Shown piece by piece: positions 36,540 through 45,855 of a stretch of DNA of 64,000 nucleotides. Position 1 is the stretch's first letter; each line of letters begins with the position of its first letter. The stretch comes from a phage, in the sequence record PZ452612.1; one strand, given 5' to 3'. Under the pieces are notes generated by a model. That model did no database searches and was not told the DNA's origin. It was given only the letters and a program-made list of their open reading frames with translations. The translations under genes and the position numbers were made by a program.

Positions 36540-37075
36540 TGCATTCCAATCACAAAAAATTGAGGACGAGCATTACCGCCGATGCAATATTTGCTTTTGC
36601 AGCAGTACTGTACTGTTTTAATATGGACATTGTAAATCTTATCCATATCAGGAGCTTTAATAGGCTCGTCAATTATATACAGAATACGAGAAAGCGTTAA
36701 TCCACGGAATTTAGAACCTTCATTGCCAATAAAACTACGAACAGAATCAGTAAATAAACGGAATCGAATATCATCGCTAGAATAACGAGAAAATTCTTTT
36801 TCAATGTTACCAGCAGAAATTTTAGCATAAGCTGAAGTATTAGAAAGAACAATAACTGTTCCGCCATCATACAGCCAATTAGCAGCAAAGTTAGTCACAG
36901 CAATTGATTTACCGGATTGTCTGCCACCGTCTAAACGAAGTGTACAGTACTGCTTGAGTACGTCTTCAAACGGTGGGATATAACCGTTCTTACAAATTTC
37001 TTCTACTCTAGCATCAGAATGGTGTGTAAAAGCATTCATCAGGGATAGATAAGGTCCAGTTAAAAATGTTCTCAT
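36536..37075 (-). CDS. Hypothetical protein
   Basis: 179-aa ORF. Confidence 0.5.
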   Translation of the reverse strand: MRTFLTGPYLSLMNAFTHHSDARVEEICKNGYIPPFEDVLKQYCTLRLDGGRQSGKSIAVTNFAANWLYDGGTVIVLSNTSAYAKISAGNIEKEFSRYSSDDIRFRLFTDSVRSFIGNEGSKFRGLTLSRILYIIDEPIKAPDMDKIYNVHIKTVQYCCKSKYCIGGNARPQFFVIGMQ

Positions 37076-37248
37076 TTAGTTTCTCTTTTATGTTGGGCCA
37101 TTCCGTGGCACATGTTAGGTCCTTCGACTCGCTATGTAAACCCATTACCGCACTTGGGCTCGACATTATTACAGGTTGGAAAAGGTACATCACTCAGAGG
37201 ACTCGACGTTCATGAGGAGAGGTTGCGTTTCCCTTTATTAGGCAAGAA

Positions 37249-37578
37249 TTATACTCTAGGCTTTTGAGCTTGTTTGGTATTGGATTCCCATGCGGCTTTG
37301 GTAATTTTGTTAGTGGCATAACCAAAGGCATTAGATAGAACACCTTTAGAGTTGAATACATCCAATCCAATAAGTACACCGGCTGTGTTAAATTTAGGAG
37401 CAAAGTACGCATTAGTTTTAGAAAGAGCTTTTTTCAATTCAGGGTCTTGAACCAAACCATCAAAAACGCCTTTACTATTTACTTTATATGTTACTTTGGG
37501 ATTTTTACCTTCTTCGATAGCAGCTTTCTGTTCCGCAGATAATGTAACTTCAGTGATAAACTCCTGATATGTTTTCAT
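37249..37578 (-). CDS. Internal-protein-like (capsid-targeted) protein, ipII position
   Basis: 109 aa; N-terminal MKTYQEFITE matches the T4 internal-protein capsid-targeting leader; Lys/Ala-rich. Confidence 0.6.
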   Translation of the reverse strand: MKTYQEFITEVTLSAEQKAAIEEGKNPKVTYKVNSKGVFDGLVQDPELKKALSKTNAYFAPKFNTAGVLIGLDVFNSKGVLSNAFGYATNKITKAAWESNTKQAQKPRV

Positions 37579-37586
37579 TTTGTTCC

Positions 37587-38000
37587 TTAGTAAATTGATT
37601 TACCATAGTATTTGTACCAAGTCGGACGTTGAGCAATTTTTTCATCTAAGCGTGCTTGACTTATCGCAATGGACGCTTCGGACGGGACGTAATTATTACG
37701 AAATTCTACAGGAATGTCGGAAATATCCTGGACTGTCGTGTCCTTGATTTTGAAACCACGTTTCAAGCATTCGGCGATTAGCTCGATTTGACGTAAACGT
37801 AAAAATTCGAGTTTGTCGTAAAAGAATGTTACGTGACCTGTGCCTAAGATAAATGTTGGAGAGATTTTAAAATCCTTTACACGTTTACCGTTTTGAACAT
37901 GTTTACGGACTGCACCAAATACGCGTGGTAATTCACGATACTCAGCCATAAGATGTTGGTCGGACAGTTCAGAAACAAGTGTTAAATTGATACGAGTCAT
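37587..38000 (-). CDS. denV: Endonuclease V (pyrimidine-dimer DNA glycosylase) DenV
   Basis: 137 aa from internal ATG; [35 protein letters not shown] matches T4 DenV as recalled. Confidence 0.9.
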   Translation of the reverse strand: MTRINLTLVSELSDQHLMAEYRELPRVFGAVRKHVQNGKRVKDFKISPTFILGTGHVTFFYDKLEFLRLRQIELIAECLKRGFKIKDTTVQDISDIPVEFRNNYVPSEASIAISQARLDEKIAQRPTWYKYYGKSIY

Positions 38001-38005
38001 AATTT

Positions 38006-38057
38006 CCTCCAAGTAGTTGATGAATGTATAGTATCAAAACTCTTGGAGGAAGTAAAC
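38006..38057 (-). promoter_or_regulatory. Early promoter GTTTAC with inverted repeat CCTCCAAG/CTTGGAGG; 3' arm contains the denV SD
   Basis: Arms at 38006-38013 and 38042-38049 are perfect reverse complements; gtaaac at 38052-38057; the -10 lies in the loop. Confidence 0.45.
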
Positions 38058-38058
38058 A

Positions 38059-38340
38059 CTATTTTTCTGAAGCGCCTGAAATATATTTTTCAAGACGTTG
38101 TTTCATCAGCGAGCCGTTCTTAGCGATTTCTTCCGGTTTATCGCACATACGCAACAAGGCTTCAAGCTTAACGATATCACTGGTGCGCTCAAATTTGCGA
38201 GTATCTATCTTACTGGCAAGTTCAGAAATACGTGCTAATAGACTTTCAGCTTCAACCAAAGCTGCACCTAGCTTAGTTGCAAATGTGTCAGTAGCTTCGT
38301 TAAGAATAGATTCTGATAAAAATTCACTATATGTTTTCAT
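38059..38340 (-). CDS. Internal-protein-like protein, ipIII position
   Basis: 93 aa from internal ATG; [10 protein letters not shown] leader; ATGA overlap with the e stop. Confidence 0.55.
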   Translation of the reverse strand: MKTYSEFLSESILNEATDTFATKLGAALVEAESLLARISELASKIDTRKFERTSDIVKLEALLRMCDKPEEIAKNGSLMKQRLEKYISGASEK

Positions 38341-38825
38341 ATATACGCTTTCCAAGTTCCTGTTTTAAATGTTGAGATTACGCGTTTCGCTCGATTAGGT
38401 GTCTGACGGTACCATTTAGATTGGGCTAGATTTACTGCCGCTTCATCCCAACGTTTCTGTTGAAGCATACGAAGAGAATTAGTAAAACCAGCGACGCCTG
38501 CTACACCCATTTGGAAGACCATATTGACCAATGCACATCGACGAACCGCATCTAAAGAATCATATACCGGTTTAAGTTTAGCATTACCCAAGATTCCGCG
38601 AACGGCTTTATCAACGTCTTCATTAAATAGCTTTTCAGCCTCATCAAGGGTAATTGTACCGTTGCATTTACGTCCGATCATTCTGTCAAGTTCAGCTTTA
38701 GCTACGGCTAAAGACGGGTTCTTTGTTACTAAATGGCCTATGCCAATCGTCCAAAAGCCTTCAGTGTCTTTGTATAAAGTCAGTCTAAGACCTTCGTCAT
38801 TACGAAGCATTTCAAATATATTCAT
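38337..38825 (-). CDS. e: Endolysin (T4 lysozyme, gene e)
   Basis: 162 aa from internal ATG; [32 protein letters not shown] with catalytic E/D/T context as in T4 lysozyme. Confidence 0.95.
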   Translation of the reverse strand: MNIFEMLRNDEGLRLTLYKDTEGFWTIGIGHLVTKNPSLAVAKAELDRMIGRKCNGTITLDEAEKLFNEDVDKAVRGILGNAKLKPVYDSLDAVRRCALVNMVFQMGVAGVAGFTNSLRMLQQKRWDEAAVNLAQSKWYRQTPNRAKRVISTFKTGTWKAYI

Positions 38826-38828
38826 AAT

Positions 38829-38857
38829 ACCTCCCACGTTTATAGGAGGTATTTATT
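38829..38857 (-). promoter_or_regulatory. SD-sequestering hairpin upstream of e (ACCTCC-10 nt-GGAGGT) with adjacent late-promoter-like AATAAATA
   Basis: 3' arm GGAGGT is the SD; mirrors the known T4 e arrangement. The AATAAATA (minus 38857-38850) deviates from TATAAATA at position 1. Confidence 0.45.
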
Positions 38858-38859
38858 AC

Positions 38860-39318
38860 TTATAGGATGGTAGTGAGCACCTTATATAATGATTTACCCA
38901 TTACATATTCCCATTGAGAAGGTTTAATTAAAGCGAATGCATCAAATTCAGGAATCTGTCGTCCGTCTGGGAATGTATGATAGGAATTACAAACACTGTT
39001 TCTGAATTGCTCGTGCTCTACAGGGATGGTATATAGGAACAGATGAATATTCTTATTGTCTGAGTAATGATGTTCACCTAGGTCTTTCAGGAAGGCAGGG
39101 TCATATTGTGTAAACCCAGTTTCTTCTTCGCATTCACGAATAGCGGCTTCAATAGGAGATTCGCCAGGTTCGACACGGCCTTTAGGAATATCCCACCGAT
39201 GAGTTAATGCACCTTTAGGACGAGAACCAGTTACACGCCCCATGAATAACTCTTTATCTTCGGTAAGGAAAATAATACCGGCTGATAGCTCTTTCACTTT
39301 ATTTTTCTTACTCATCAT
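38860..39318 (-). CDS. nudE: Nudix hydrolase NudE
   Basis: 152 aa; Nudix box GRVEPGESPIEAAIRECEEETGF. Confidence 0.85.
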   Translation of the reverse strand: MMSKKNKVKELSAGIIFLTEDKELFMGRVTGSRPKGALTHRWDIPKGRVEPGESPIEAAIRECEEETGFTQYDPAFLKDLGEHHYSDNKNIHLFLYTIPVEHEQFRNSVCNSYHTFPDGRQIPEFDAFALIKPSQWEYVMGKSLYKVLTTIL

Positions 39319-39559
39319 CTCGGTCCCATGATTTGGCCATTAATTCGGACATAAATTCTTCAATGCGCGTTTCTTTAGATGGACTTTCACTATTAGAGAC
39401 CGCAAGTTTGTAATCTGCAATAGGACAGAACATATCAAGGTCCGTATTAAGGTCGTCTTTGATTTTTTCTTCTGACACATCTTTATCGTATGTGTACAGA
39501 TAACTATCACATGATTCTGATTTAATGTAAATTGCTATACTCATCTCAAATTCCTGCAT
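39308..39559 (-). CDS. Hypothetical acidic protein
   Basis: 83-aa ORF. Confidence 0.45.
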   Translation of the reverse strand: MQEFEMSIAIYIKSESCDSYLYTYDKDVSEEKIKDDLNTDLDMFCPIADYKLAVSNSESPSKETRIEEFMSELMAKSWDRDDE

Positions 39560-40032
39560 TCGGTAATAAAACGTTCAACTTCATTATTCTTGGCCTTTAT
39601 CTTGTCTTTATGTTCTTGTAAACTACTTTTAATAAGATTAATAATGATGGCGGCGGTACCGCCGCCAATGATGCCACCAACAACACTTATGATACTAGAT
39701 GCTAATAAGATAGCAATAATATCAACAAAACTGAAAGAACTCACCTTAGTACTAAAAAACCATACCGACGGTGCAAATATAATCCATCCTGTTATCCATT
39801 GGCACTTATTGAAAAACTTTTCAAGATCAGCTTGAGTTGTTCGTATTACTTCATCGATAGGTTGATATCCATTAATGTATCTGTTCACAATAATACCTGC
39901 TGGCTGGTCGATTTTAAATTCTTGGCAAATACGTTTCACTAAGTAGGATGGACATCCTGTCCAATCTACTGAATAGTATGAAATACCTTCATTGCCATCG
40001 TCTATATTAGACCAATATGTTTTGTTAATCAT
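39541..40032 (-). CDS. Membrane protein (C-terminal TM helices)
   Basis: 163 aa; hydrophobic WITGWIIFAPSVWFF and IIAILLASSIISVVGGIIGGGTAAIIINLI. Confidence 0.5.
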   Translation of the reverse strand: MINKTYWSNIDDGNEGISYYSVDWTGCPSYLVKRICQEFKIDQPAGIIVNRYINGYQPIDEVIRTTQADLEKFFNKCQWITGWIIFAPSVWFFSTKVSSFSFVDIIAILLASSIISVVGGIIGGGTAAIIINLIKSSLQEHKDKIKAKNNEVERFITECRNLR

Positions 40033-40718
40033 TACCAGCCTTCCATAGGGAATTCCAGATAAACTTGGGTATTGACACGAATTTCATTGGTAATCTTTTT
40101 AACTCGGTCTGTATTACGAGATACACGTCCGAACCAACGCCATCCATTACTAATTGCACGAGAACCAGTGTGCCATGTTTGCCAATCAAACTGAAGAAGA
40201 GTACGATCTGGAGCTTCCCATTTCTCTAGTTCGCCTTTTTCGATTTTTTCGAGGACTTCTTTGTGCCACTGGCGATAGATAAGTTCGCCATCAGGAATCT
40301 GACTGAACTCTGCAGTTCCTGTTGCAAAATGAGTAGGACACACATCAGCGTTAACAAGACCAAGAATATGTTCAGACAAATAGCGAGGATTGTCATAGTC
40401 AGGTTGTCCTGCAGTAATAAAATGTTGACCAACCGGAATATCCGGGCGTGGTACGTCATCATGGTGATAACCAGGAATAGCAGGATACCAACCAGGCATC
40501 AGCATATGGACTCGTGAATCAAATACTACATCCGAGTCTTTCCAATCGTCAGGGAGATTTTGGATAAAGCTACGAGTAATTGGACCGCCGTTATCAAAAG
40601 CAAAATTCAAATCGCAATTAAAGAACATAGGCTCGTTTTTAATCTGGTCATTTTTAATCGCATGAGCAAAACCACCTACTGCACGAGCTTGACTATTAAA
40701 CACTTTAGAACTATTCAT
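40032..40718 (-). CDS. Hypothetical protein (228 aa), His/Trp-rich
   Basis: ORF track; GYHHDD and later His residues; no confident family assignment. Confidence 0.5.
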   Translation of the reverse strand: MNSSKVFNSQARAVGGFAHAIKNDQIKNEPMFFNCDLNFAFDNGGPITRSFIQNLPDDWKDSDVVFDSRVHMLMPGWYPAIPGYHHDDVPRPDIPVGQHFITAGQPDYDNPRYLSEHILGLVNADVCPTHFATGTAEFSQIPDGELIYRQWHKEVLEKIEKGELEKWEAPDRTLLQFDWQTWHTGSRAISNGWRWFGRVSRNTDRVKKITNEIRVNTQVYLEFPMEGW

Positions 40719-40719
40719 A

Positions 40720-41025
40720 TTATTTTCCTCGACATTCTTTAATGAAATTTTCTAGATTGGTAGATTCAATAGCTTTTTTACGAGCTTCTGCGTGTTCTTC
40801 TTCAGACAATTTACATTTATAATTGACCCAGACGTTATGGTCGAAACTAGTCGTGGCATATAATAACAATGCTCCAACGAATAGCAAAAACGGCGATAAG
40901 AATACAAAACCAGGAACACCATCCATACTGTAAGCCTTTTGTAATACTGCAACAGAAAGAGCTGCGTAAAAAAGTGATACAAATATTGTTAAAAGACCAA
41001 TTCGGTTGGTTTCGCCTAATTTCAT
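40720..41025 (-). CDS. Small membrane protein
   Basis: 101 aa with two hydrophobic helices; own GTTTAC promoter upstream. Confidence 0.5.
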   Translation of the reverse strand: MKLGETNRIGLLTIFVSLFYAALSVAVLQKAYSMDGVPGFVFLSPFLLFVGALLLYATTSFDHNVWVNYKCKLSEEEHAEARKKAIESTNLENFIKECRGK

Positions 41026-41045
41026 AATATTCTCCTCATGTTTTA

Positions 41046-41083
41046 ATAGGACTACTATAACATAGTCCTATCATCATGTAAAC
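41046..41083 (-). promoter_or_regulatory. Early promoter GTTTAC...TATAGT within palindrome ATAGGACTA/TAGTCCTAT
   Basis: Repeat copy 2 of core aggactactataacatag. Confidence 0.5.
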
Positions 41084-41085
41084 TA

Positions 41086-41349
41086 TTAAATACCAGCTTC
41101 GCGTTTAACATAATCGACGTAAGCTTGGATAGCTTTCTTGCTGGTAATTTTTACCTGGCCACGACCATTGCCTTCTTTAGAGTTTTTCTTAACAACTACA
41201 TTACCATCTTTAACACCCCATACATGGACGTAAGTACCGATGTTTCGGTCGTAGAACATTGCATGGTCATTGTTGTAAGAGAATGATTCATAGTTCTCTG
41301 TCAAAGCAAAAGATTCGGATTCTGCGATAAATTCTTTATACGTTTTCAT
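41086..41349 (-). CDS. Internal-protein-like (capsid-targeted) protein
   Basis: 87 aa; MKTYKEFIAE leader; own promoter. Confidence 0.55.
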   Translation of the reverse strand: MKTYKEFIAESESFALTENYESFSYNNDHAMFYDRNIGTYVHVWGVKDGNVVVKKNSKEGNGRGQVKITSKKAIQAYVDYVKREAGI

Positions 41350-41373
41350 TTATTTTTCCGTTTGGTTGTTTTG

Positions 41374-41411
41374 ATAGGACTACTATAACATAGCCCTATC
41401 AAGATGTAAAC
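41374..41411 (-). promoter_or_regulatory. Early promoter, repeat copy 3 (one mismatch)
   Basis: ataggactactataacatagccctat plus gtaaac at 41406-41411. Confidence 0.5.
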
Positions 41412-41414
41412 TAC

Positions 41415-41702
41415 TTACAGAAGAGTTTTTGCAATAATTTTAAGCTGAGCTACAGAAATATGCTTAGCTTTAAACAGTGCGGTCTCTTCAGCCGGAGAGA
41501 TAACAATAGTAGCGCCATCTTTCTTAGCAGACCATCCATCCCCTAAGTAAACAGTACCTTTTACTTCTTCGCCGTCAACCAGACTAATCATTGGTTTACC
41601 CTCACGTCCTTTATTTGCTTTAATAACTTCGGAAGTAAGGGTTGCTTCGGTCAGAGTAGAAACGTTAGCAACAGGTGATATAAATTCTTTATAGGTTTTC
41701 AT
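41415..41702 (-). CDS. Internal-protein-like (capsid-targeted) protein
   Basis: 95 aa; MKTYKEFISP leader; own GTTTAC promoter upstream. Confidence 0.55.
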   Translation of the reverse strand: MKTYKEFISPVANVSTLTEATLTSEVIKANKGREGKPMISLVDGEEVKGTVYLGDGWSAKKDGATIVISPAEETALFKAKHISVAQLKIIAKTLL

Positions 41703-41779
41703 TTTATTTCCTTGAGGTTGTTTATTTGATAGGATGATAGTATCACACCATCATACTTATGTAAACTGTTTTGTGAAAA

Positions 41780-42465
<686 letters not shown>

Positions 42466-42469
42466 TTTA

Positions 42470-43204
42470 TTACCTTAAGATTGTTTCAATTTTAGAATAA
42501 AGCTCTTCTAAAGAGCCGTCGTTTGTAATAACTAAATCGCCTTCTTCAATAGGCAACCCAGCTTCTGTAATATGTTTATCAGTGGATTCCGTACCAGAGC
42601 GAACCACATGAATAACTGTAGCACCCATCGCTCTAGCGGTTTCCATTTCATGGACTTGGCGTGTATCGGTTACAACATAGTAATCGAAATCACTTCCAAT
42701 ATAATCCATATAGTTTAATGCAAAAAGTTTAACCCAATACATACGGTCAAATAAATTAACGACAACATCCGTACCGAGGGCTTGCATAAGACGGCGGATT
42801 GACCATGTGTCGTTGATATTATTTATAGCTTCACGCAGGGCTTCATACGGTTTAATATCTAGATATGAATACCCACCTTCTAAGGATGATAATACTTTAA
42901 CATTATTAATTGGTAAATATTGACTTTGTAAATAAATTAGCGCTTCTTCCAATAATTCAATAACATCCAACTTATTGAGATTTAATGGTGTTTCACGGTC
43001 ATATCCGACACCTTCAAAGTATTCGTATTTCAACTCTGTGAATACATTAGGGTTTTCGGCATGTTTACGTCCCCAGGCTATTGCTAGAGCGTCTTTAATC
43101 GGATATGCCAATTGGTATTTTACGGATTTAAAGTTTGAATTGATGTAATCAGCAGTGGTGTCTTTACCACTACGTTTGACGCCACTTAAAAAGATTAGCT
43201 CCAT
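42470..43204 (-). CDS. 1: Deoxynucleoside monophosphate kinase gp1
   Basis: 244 aa; P-loop FLSGVKRSGKDT. Confidence 0.9.
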   Translation of the reverse strand: MELIFLSGVKRSGKDTTADYINSNFKSVKYQLAYPIKDALAIAWGRKHAENPNVFTELKYEYFEGVGYDRETPLNLNKLDVIELLEEALIYLQSQYLPINNVKVLSSLEGGYSYLDIKPYEALREAINNINDTWSIRRLMQALGTDVVVNLFDRMYWVKLFALNYMDYIGSDFDYYVVTDTRQVHEMETARAMGATVIHVVRSGTESTDKHITEAGLPIEEGDLVITNDGSLEELYSKIETILR

Positions 43205-43257
43205 AGGTTTTCCTCATATAATTTATGAGTGATTATAACATACGGAGCTAGAAGCGA

Positions 43258-43848
43258 TTAACGCAAGGAAGGGTGTCTAGAAATGGATTTAGATTCGACT
43301 GCTTGACGTGGTTGTTGAGATACAATGACTTCACCATCCTTTTCTATCGTCATATACGCATAGTGAATAGTTGCTACGCACGTAACGGCAGGGTCAGAAT
43401 CTTCAGTGTAACTAAATTCAATTTCGCTCAGATCGGAAATCCATGGTTTATAGAAATTTGCCGTCAAAACTACTTCTGTCTTATTGTTATTTAAAATGTG
43501 CAAAGTAACAAACTCAGGACCATCGGAGTGGGCAGTATTATGTCCGGTTATATAGTTATTAGTGCTGAGCATCCATTTATACATGTTCATCCAGGACGTC
43601 ATGTCTTCATCAACTATAAATCGTACAATAAAAGGGTCGTATTCAAATGTGGTGCCTGCACGCATTGCACGTCCTAACCCCATTGTGCCTGTCACAGTTT
43701 CAACAACAGGAATTCTCACACCTGGCAACGGTGCCGTTTGAGCATTGAGCACAAAACCCGAAGTTCGTGTACTATCTGGGATATCCACAACAAAGTTTGT
43801 TATATTTGTTTGGTTAAAAATCTGTCTCGTTGGACGAGTCATAAGCAC
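43258..43848 (-). CDS. 3: Tail completion / sheath stabilizer gp3
   Basis: 196-aa ORF at the T4 gene 3 position; start may be slightly internal. Confidence 0.7.
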   Translation of the reverse strand: MLMTRPTRQIFNQTNITNFVVDIPDSTRTSGFVLNAQTAPLPGVRIPVVETVTGTMGLGRAMRAGTTFEYDPFIVRFIVDEDMTSWMNMYKWMLSTNNYITGHNTAHSDGPEFVTLHILNNNKTEVVLTANFYKPWISDLSEIEFSYTEDSDPAVTCVATIHYAYMTIEKDGEVIVSQQPRQAVESKSISRHPSLR

Positions 43849-43944
43849 CTCAAAAACGCTTTAATAAAAATGCAGTATAATGGTTTTAGGTCTCTTCCAT
43901 TAATCTGGTTCAACAGAATATCAGAAGAACGGAAGAGAATAGAA

Positions 43945-44766
43945 TTAAGATTTCCAAACAGTATTCGCAGAGAAACGTTTTCCTTTTGACATAAATTGCT
44001 GAGTAGGTAACATGATTATGTTAGCCCAGTCTTTAGGAGCTATTTCTGTTATTGTTCCTCTAATGTGGCCTGGCAGGTATGCTTTAATCATTTTGTCCGC
44101 ACCTTGAAATCCTTTCACCTTGCTCCAGTCTATCTTCAACTTTGTGTTATTAGTAATAGTAGTTGTGCTAGCATATTGCTTCAGCAATTCTTCAAGAAAC
44201 TGTTGTCGTGCTTTAGGTGGGATATAGTGCAAGTTTAACCCATACATCAAATTATGTTTACCTAATCCTAAATAAATAATCAAAGGATATCTGTCCCAAT
44301 ACGGCAGAGTATCTTTATGTTTAGCATCATACACGTAAGTATAAATTTTGCCTGGCGTAGGCTTGACTACTTTATGACCTTTTACACTTTTCTTAATTGT
44401 TTCAACAAACCACTTAGATGATTTGTTGTTTACTGCTGCGCCTTCATTTCTAATCTTTTCTCGTATTGAACTGCGAAACGAGTTTATCATCAGAAGTTGA
44501 CGTTCTTGCTTATTGAGTTTATTTTTAGGTTTAGATTCAAGCGTTTCAATTTTCTGTGCAGTCTTAATAGATGATGCATATCTAGACATTGCAGATGTAA
44601 ACGACGAGTATTTTATTCCTTTTGATTCTGCAAATGCTTTTGCAGTGATTCCTTTCTCTTTAGCTTTCTTGTATTCTAATCCTATCTCAATCCATTTTCT
44701 TTCATTCATAGACTGAGCAATCTTAGGGGCTTGTACGCCTTCAGATATAATTTGGAATATGCTCAT
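43945..44766 (-). CDS. 2: DNA end protector protein gp2
   Basis: 273 aa; size and position match T4 gp2. Confidence 0.8.
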   Translation of the reverse strand: MSIFQIISEGVQAPKIAQSMNERKWIEIGLEYKKAKEKGITAKAFAESKGIKYSSFTSAMSRYASSIKTAQKIETLESKPKNKLNKQERQLLMINSFRSSIREKIRNEGAAVNNKSSKWFVETIKKSVKGHKVVKPTPGKIYTYVYDAKHKDTLPYWDRYPLIIYLGLGKHNLMYGLNLHYIPPKARQQFLEELLKQYASTTTITNNTKLKIDWSKVKGFQGADKMIKAYLPGHIRGTITEIAPKDWANIIMLPTQQFMSKGKRFSANTVWKS

Positions 44767-44768
44767 AA

Positions 44769-45218
44769 TTACCCCTTGTATCCGAGTTTTCTAAGACCAT
44801 CTTCGGTTAGAACTCGAAATTTTATATTTCTCTTTTCAGCAACAGCTGAGGCAGCTTTCCATTTGTCACAGTTCACAGACCAGGTATATATTTCATTCAT
44901 ATAACGTTTCTTTGCTGCGGTAGTAAGATTTGCGGGCTTAATAGGTGGTTGAGTTTCTTTCTTTGGTTTTATTTCTACAAAGAACTCTTGACCTGATGCA
45001 TCTTTCATCCATATGTCCATATAGTATCGACGTTTCTTACCTTCAGCATTACAAAAATATGGAATTACTGCTGTTTCACTACCCCATGCAATAATTTCTG
45101 GATTTTTATCCAACCATTCGAAAAAGAATTTTTCCCAGTTTGAACGATACGTTATTTTGGTATGGTCTCCACGGTATTTTTTTAAATTTTTTGGGACCCA
45201 TTTACCAGAGTAGGCCAT
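44769..45218 (-). CDS. 4: Head completion protein gp4
   Basis: 149 aa from internal ATG ([18 protein letters not shown]...); minus-strand late promoter upstream. Confidence 0.85.
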   Translation of the reverse strand: MAYSGKWVPKNLKKYRGDHTKITYRSNWEKFFFEWLDKNPEIIAWGSETAVIPYFCNAEGKKRRYYMDIWMKDASGQEFFVEIKPKKETQPPIKPANLTTAAKKRYMNEIYTWSVNCDKWKAASAVAEKRNIKFRVLTEDGLRKLGYKG

Positions 45219-45229
45219 GTTGTCCTCCT

Positions 45230-45237
45230 TATAAATA
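45230..45237 (+). promoter_or_regulatory. Late promoter TATAAATA for gene 53 (plus strand)
   Basis: Exact TATAAATA ~43 nt upstream of the gp53 start. Confidence 0.55.
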
Positions 45238-45244
45238 GTATTAT

Positions 45245-45252
45245 TATTTATA
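45245..45252 (-). promoter_or_regulatory. Late promoter TATAAATA for gene 4 (minus strand)
   Basis: Plus tatttata; divergent from the gene 53 promoter 8 bp away. Confidence 0.55.
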
Positions 45253-45279
45253 CCAATTTCATATTGGAAGGAGACTATC

Positions 45280-45855
45280 TTGTTATTTACATTCTTCGAC
45301 CCAATAGGATATAGTGCTAAAACAGTTGATAAGAATGCACCTACTATTCCTATGACAGACATATTTCGTAACTATAAAGAGTACTTTAAGCGTGTGGCTG
45401 CCAATTATAGATTACGTTCTTATTATATTAAAGGCTCTCCGCGTCCTGAAGAACTAGCGAATATCATTTATGGCAACCCTCAATTATACTGGGTCCTTTT
45501 GATGTGCAACGATAACTACGACCCGTATTATGGTTGGATTACATCTCAGGAAGCAGCGTATCAAGCTTCTATTCAGAAATATGCTAATGCTGGCGGCGAC
45601 CAAGTTCTTTATCATATTAATGAAAATCGTGAGAAATTTTACAATTTGGTTTCATATCCGGACGAGCCTTTAGTGTGGTATGATAAAGGTGATGAAGCTC
45701 GTAAGTATCCGCAATATAAAGGACCTTTAGCTGCAGTAGATACTTATGAAGCTGCAGTATTAGATAATGAAAAACTTCGTAAAATAAAAATTGTTGCAAA
45801 AGAAGATATAAACTCGTTTATCACAGATTTGATTCGTGAGATGGAGATTGCATAA
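45280..45855 (+). CDS. 53: Baseplate wedge protein gp53
   Basis: 191-aa ORF; apparent TTG start with SD GGAAGGAG 7 nt upstream (first in-frame ATG is at codon 25). Confidence 0.8.
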   Translation: MLFTFFDPIGYSAKTVDKNAPTIPMTDIFRNYKEYFKRVAANYRLRSYYIKGSPRPEELANIIYGNPQLYWVLLMCNDNYDPYYGWITSQEAAYQASIQKYANAGGDQVLYHINENREKFYNLVSYPDEPLVWYDKGDEARKYPQYKGPLAAVDTYEAAVLDNEKLRKIKIVAKEDINSFITDLIREMEIA

